NCBI GenBank assembly: GCA_013360215.1
Contig: JABWCP010000009.1
Location: forward strand, 107,597-127,596
DNA from: a bacterium
Lineage (GTDB): Bacteria > CLD3 > SB21
Direction: 5' to 3'
Length of the DNA stretch: 20,000 nt
In this document: positions 16,507-20,000 of the stretch, piece after piece
How positions within the stretch are numbered: position 1 is the first letter of the stretch
Layout of the letters: each line of letters begins with the position of its first letter
Made by a program: the position numbers and the translations under genes
The notes under the pieces: generated by a model
What the model was told of the DNA's origin: nothing
Database searches by the model: none
Seen by the model: only the letters and a program-made list of their open reading frames with translations

Positions 16507-18039
16507 ATGGCAAAAAGAAAAACCAAACGTAATCAAAAAGCCCAAACACCCGCATGGTGGAATGCCATGATTTCACGCCGTGAAGCCGGCCAACGATTGG
16601 CAGCCCTCGCAACCGGCGCTGCAATGCTGCCCTTCGCATCCATTCTTACGGGCTGTGGTGAAGAGGTCGAACTCGATGCTCTTGAGTTGCAGCAAAAACA
16701 AGGCTGGCAGGTCGGTGCGGACGGCGAAAATCTTGACTTCAAAGACGAACAAACTCGTGACAGCCTCGGTCAGGCGTGGGAAAATTATGCCGATCCGGCG
16801 GCATTGATGGTGGCCTATGAACCCAAAAATTATCGCTGGAAACCTTTTAAGGTTACGACGTTAGTCCAATCGCTAAGTCAGGAAACGTTACGTAAACAAG
16901 TGAAGCCGGTATTATCCGACGCGATGAAAACCGCCTATGCGCGCGGGCTCGGCATGCGCGAGATCATTCAAAAAATGGACAACCCCTCATCCACGATGAT
17001 CATCGCCGATCTGCACGGGGAAGAATCCGTAGCATTCGGCGCGGCATTAGCCGACGTCGCCAATGTGGTCATCGGATTTGATAACTGGCCGCACCCGCAA
17101 GGTGTCGTACCGGCACATCGCACGCTCGGTGCGATGATGTACTATGCACGCGAAGTAAGCGTAAAAACGGAAGAAAAACTTTCGTGGGATGCACCGGCCG
17201 TGATTTTATTGGACAATCATCGCTTGGGCGAATATACCGATGAATGGGATGTATTTGATAATCGTTACGTGGCCAAAGTGCCTTCCGCGCCATCACTTGC
17301 GTCGTATAAAGTCAGTCGGGTTTTATATGTCATACCGGATCGTGACACCAAAAACGAACTGGATGATCTCAATGACGACTTTGTTTACTACAAAGAAAAA
17401 AATATCAGCGTGGATCTGTTGCCCATGTCGGATTTCAAGCCAGCCGTCGCTGCGGCCATGGCTACATCGGCCTCGGCTAAAACATCCGCCGATTCGATGA
17501 TCGCGGCATACACAGGGAGCGACTCCGCGATAGCCAAAGCCATGACCGCACCGGCACAAAAAGATACTGTCGTCGCAACACCGGCATCCACGCGAACCGT
17601 ATATCATTACGGCGGCGGTCCATCCTATTGGCCGATATTTTTTGGTAACTATAATACGCCTTCGACGATCCGTCGCCCGGGCGGTTATCGTGCGCCTTCG
17701 CAAGGGCCGTCGAAACCGGAATACAAACCGGAACGTCGTCCGACATTGTTTTCTTCACGTACCGTCGGAAGTCAAACCAGCGGCGTGGGCAAACAAAAAC
17801 CGACCGGATTTGGCCGTGTATCCGCCAATGTTAATTCCGACGGCAATGTCACCCGCGTTCGCCAGTCACGCAATTACAGTTCGACCGGCACATCCCGTGC
17901 GTCGCGTTCAACTTCAACGTCATCTTCGTCGCGTTCCTCGCGGAGTTACCGGAGCTCGTCGTCCAAAAGTTCATCGTCCCGCTCTTCGTCAGGTCGCTCC
18001 GGATCGTTTGGCCGCAGTCGCAGCAGTTCTTCATCATAA
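16507..18039 (+). CDS. Putative Tat-exported lipoprotein with unknown core domain and Ser/Arg/Gly-rich C-terminal tail
   Basis: ISRREAG twin-arginine, h-region and lipobox LTGC. Globular core (DLHGEESVA, FDNWPHPQGVVP, FDNRY), an Ala-rich linker, and a tail ending RSSSGRSGSFGRSRSSSSS. Confidence 0.78.
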   Translation: MAKRKTKRNQKAQTPAWWNAMISRREAGQRLAALATGAAMLPFASILTGCGEEVELDALELQQKQGWQVGADGENLDFKDEQTRDSLGQAWENYADPAALMVAYEPKNYRWKPFKVTTLVQSLSQETLRKQVKPVLSDAMKTAYARGLGMREIIQKMDNPSSTMIIADLHGEESVAFGAALADVANVVIGFDNWPHPQGVVPAHRTLGAMMYYAREVSVKTEEKLSWDAPAVILLDNHRLGEYTDEWDVFDNRYVAKVPSAPSLASYKVSRVLYVIPDRDTKNELDDLNDDFVYYKEKNISVDLLPMSDFKPAVAAAMATSASAKTSADSMIAAYTGSDSAIAKAMTAPAQKDTVVATPASTRTVYHYGGGPSYWPIFFGNYNTPSTIRRPGGYRAPSQGPSKPEYKPERRPTLFSSRTVGSQTSGVGKQKPTGFGRVSANVNSDGNVTRVRQSRNYSSTGTSRASRSTSTSSSSRSSRSYRSSSSKSSSSRSSSGRSGSFGRSRSSSSS

Positions 18040-18056
18040 TTTAAGGATTACTAAGC

Positions 18057-18692
18057 ATGAATCGTCGCGGTTTTTTTAATAACATTTTTAAGTCGGATGA
18101 ACCCTCGGGTCCGATTCATTTTTACGGCATTCAGATCGTCATCAATACCGGTATCAATGATGAAACCCGTGCCAAACTGCATGCGGCGATCAACGTGCCC
18201 GTTAAAGAAGGTGAGACCCCAGAGGAAAAAAAAGCATTTTTTAAAAATGTCGCAGCTCTCTTACTCGAGAACGAACCGTTTTTTGAATATGGGTACTGGG
18301 ATTATCTGACGGATGCGGCCGAAGCGCAGGCCGAATTTGATTCGTGGGTCAACGAAATCGAAAGCAGTATGGCAACGGAGTCCGGCGAAGTCGGTGAAAC
18401 GATGGACGAGCAGTATCGCATGAGCGCAGAAAAACAATACGTCGTTATTTCGCTCGCCTTCTTAATCGAAAATGTACCGACACAAGAATCCTTTCAAGGT
18501 ATGATAGATATACCGGAAGAATCGTATTTTCTCCGCGAAACCTGGCCTAAATTGATCGAAGCCGTTCCGTATCTGGATTTTAACTACGTGATGGCCGATG
18601 CCGTATTTATTATGCCGGGCAACGAAAAAGACGGATTTTCATTTGAAGATTTGCACTCGGAAGGATGGGAATATCTAAAACCGATATCATAA
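18057..18692 (+). CDS. DUF1517-like protein (soluble domain only)
   Basis: AAGGA RBS. TPEE...ALLLENE.F..YG, AEAQAEF, QYVVISL, V...P...DGFS.EDL and terminal YLKPI follow the DUF1517 C-terminal domain pattern (from recall). Very acidic. N-terminus MNRRGFFNNIF. Confidence 0.65.
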   Translation: MNRRGFFNNIFKSDEPSGPIHFYGIQIVINTGINDETRAKLHAAINVPVKEGETPEEKKAFFKNVAALLLENEPFFEYGYWDYLTDAAEAQAEFDSWVNEIESSMATESGEVGETMDEQYRMSAEKQYVVISLAFLIENVPTQESFQGMIDIPEESYFLRETWPKLIEAVPYLDFNYVMADAVFIMPGNEKDGFSFEDLHSEGWEYLKPIS

Positions 18693-18754
18693 CACTAACC
18701 TAATAAGCTGACTTGCTAAATCAAAATGCCTATTCGTGACATATTATAGATTTT

Positions 18755-19597
18755 TTATTTAATCCCAAGCATCAGGCCATACATCCACAGTTTTTGCTGC
18801 AGCCCCAACCATTGAAATCGGCAGGCTTCCACGTTTCTAACATCAATTGTCGAAACGGATTGTCCGATCATGCGATGAAAGAGATGATTAACTTTGGCGG
18901 GATAATAGAACCTTGCTATGCGACGTGCAGAATGTGTGATATGCGCAGTTATATCCTTGCAGGTTGTTTTAGAAAAACCGGCTTCCTTCATAAATCGCAT
19001 GAATCTGTCGGTTGATTCCAAACTTTTGGCAGCCCATCCCTCAACCCACGTTCTCATAATTGGATTCGTGTTGTTCTCTAATGCTGTCACAAAACCATCT
19101 GCCACCACTAACCGACCTCTCTGTTTTAGAATGCGAGACGCTTCACGTATGAATTGCTCTTTCGATTCAGCGTAGCAAATACTCTCACAACCCCAGACCA
19201 CATCAAAATATTCGTCTGGAAATATTGTTTGACTGTAATCCATAACTTTGAATTCCGTCAAATGAGTAACCCCGGCATCTTCTGCATTAGCATAAGCCAA
19301 ATTCATTTGTCGTTCGCTCAGTGTAACACCAACAACTCGGCAACCGAAATTTTTCGCAAGATAAATACTGCTTCCACCAACACCACACCCGGCGTCTAAT
19401 ACGATATCCGAGGATGTGATCTGCACTGTTTCCGCCATCACTTCATTCATCCGGATTAGTGACTGCGCAAAGGTACGTACGGAGTCATCCCAATATCCGT
19501 AATGAATCGCCATACAATCATCTAGGCGCCAAACTAAACGCGCTGCATCTTCCGTCAGACTATAAAATTCCGCTATTTTTTTTTGATACTCATTCAT
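18755..19597 (-). CDS. Class I SAM-dependent methyltransferase (gamma-tocopherol/sterol C-methyltransferase-like)
   Basis: IHYGYW, motif I VLDAGCGVGG, VVGVTLS..Q, FDVVWGCES and RILKQRGRLVVAD. Confidence 0.92.
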   Translation of the reverse strand: MNEYQKKIAEFYSLTEDAARLVWRLDDCMAIHYGYWDDSVRTFAQSLIRMNEVMAETVQITSSDIVLDAGCGVGGSSIYLAKNFGCRVVGVTLSERQMNLAYANAEDAGVTHLTEFKVMDYSQTIFPDEYFDVVWGCESICYAESKEQFIREASRILKQRGRLVVADGFVTALENNTNPIMRTWVEGWAAKSLESTDRFMRFMKEAGFSKTTCKDITAHITHSARRIARFYYPAKVNHLFHRMIGQSVSTIDVRNVEACRFQWLGLQQKLWMYGLMLGIK

Positions 19598-19633
19598 CGG
19601 GTCGTAACTTTTTGAGTAAAGTGCCAATATTAG

Positions 19634-20000
19634 CTAAGGCTTCACACCGCTCAACATACCGTAGAGCCATAATTTCTTTTTGAAGGCGATATACTGATAC
19701 AACAGCGCATCAATGTTTTTGCGATTCACTTCCGGTACGCTTTTTCTCATGAGATGCTGATACAGATGATAACAGCGCGTCGGAAAATAAAAATATAACA
19801 TGCGCCGCGAGGAATGCATGACATGCGGCGTGATATCCCGAAAACGAATATCCGTAAACCCCATGTGTTGCATATACCCCTGCATACGCTCCGGTGTTTC
19901 GATAAAGTTAGCCGCCCAGCCCTCGAGCCAGCGCCGATTGATCGGATGATCATTGTACTCAAACTTAGCCGTCATACCATCCGCAATCACCAGCCGCCCT
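19634..20000 (-). CDS. SAM-dependent methyltransferase paralogue, C-terminal part (truncated by window end)
   Basis: The frame is open to the window edge (GRLVIADG...WLEGWAA...GF..I...DIT.HV.HSSRR...KLWLYG) and is colinear with the C-terminal half of the 18755-19597 protein. Confidence 0.88.
   Translation of the reverse strand, partial: GRLVIADGMTAKFEYNDHPINRRWLEGWAANFIETPERMQGYMQHMGFTDIRFRDITPHVMHSSRRMLYFYFPTRCYHLYQHLMRKSVPEVNRKNIDALLYQYIAFKKKLWLYGMLSGVKP

Noticed and set aside
17870-18036. Repetitive tcg/tca/cgt-rich DNA as a tandem repeat or CRISPR-like array
   Set aside because: No fixed repeat unit or spacers. It is explained by the Ser/Arg-rich coding tail.

Overview
Gene-dense bacterial window of roughly mid-GC. 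The many signal peptides, lipoboxes and a probable outer-membrane barrel suggest a diderm, possibly an FCB-group lineage (inference only). It holds 15 complete CDSs plus a truncated one at the right edge. In order: (1) a + strand run of CPA1 Na+/H+ antiporter, lipoprotein amidohydrolase and TonB/TolA-like protein; (2) a secreted lectin-fold-like protein behind a SigW-type ECF promoter; (3) a four-gene - strand cluster of an AT-rich lipoprotein, a membrane-anchored CHASE2/sigma-54 activator, a probable beta-barrel fused to a transglutaminase/LapG-like Cys domain and a FecR-like/TPR-like protein, preceded by a sigma-54-like promoter, an IHF-like site and repeats; (4) fhs, with a terminator and a palindrome at the class II CRP/FNR position, and a YbfF-like esterase; (5) an operon of DUF350, glutathionylspermidine-synthase-like ATP-grasp, Tat lipoprotein with a Ser/Arg tail and DUF1517-like genes; (6) two tandem paralogous SAM methyltransferases. 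The best candidates for undescribed systems are (3), a putative trans-envelope sigma-54 signalling module, and (5). I saw no RNA genes, CRISPR arrays or mobile elements. All family calls come from motif recognition, not database searches.
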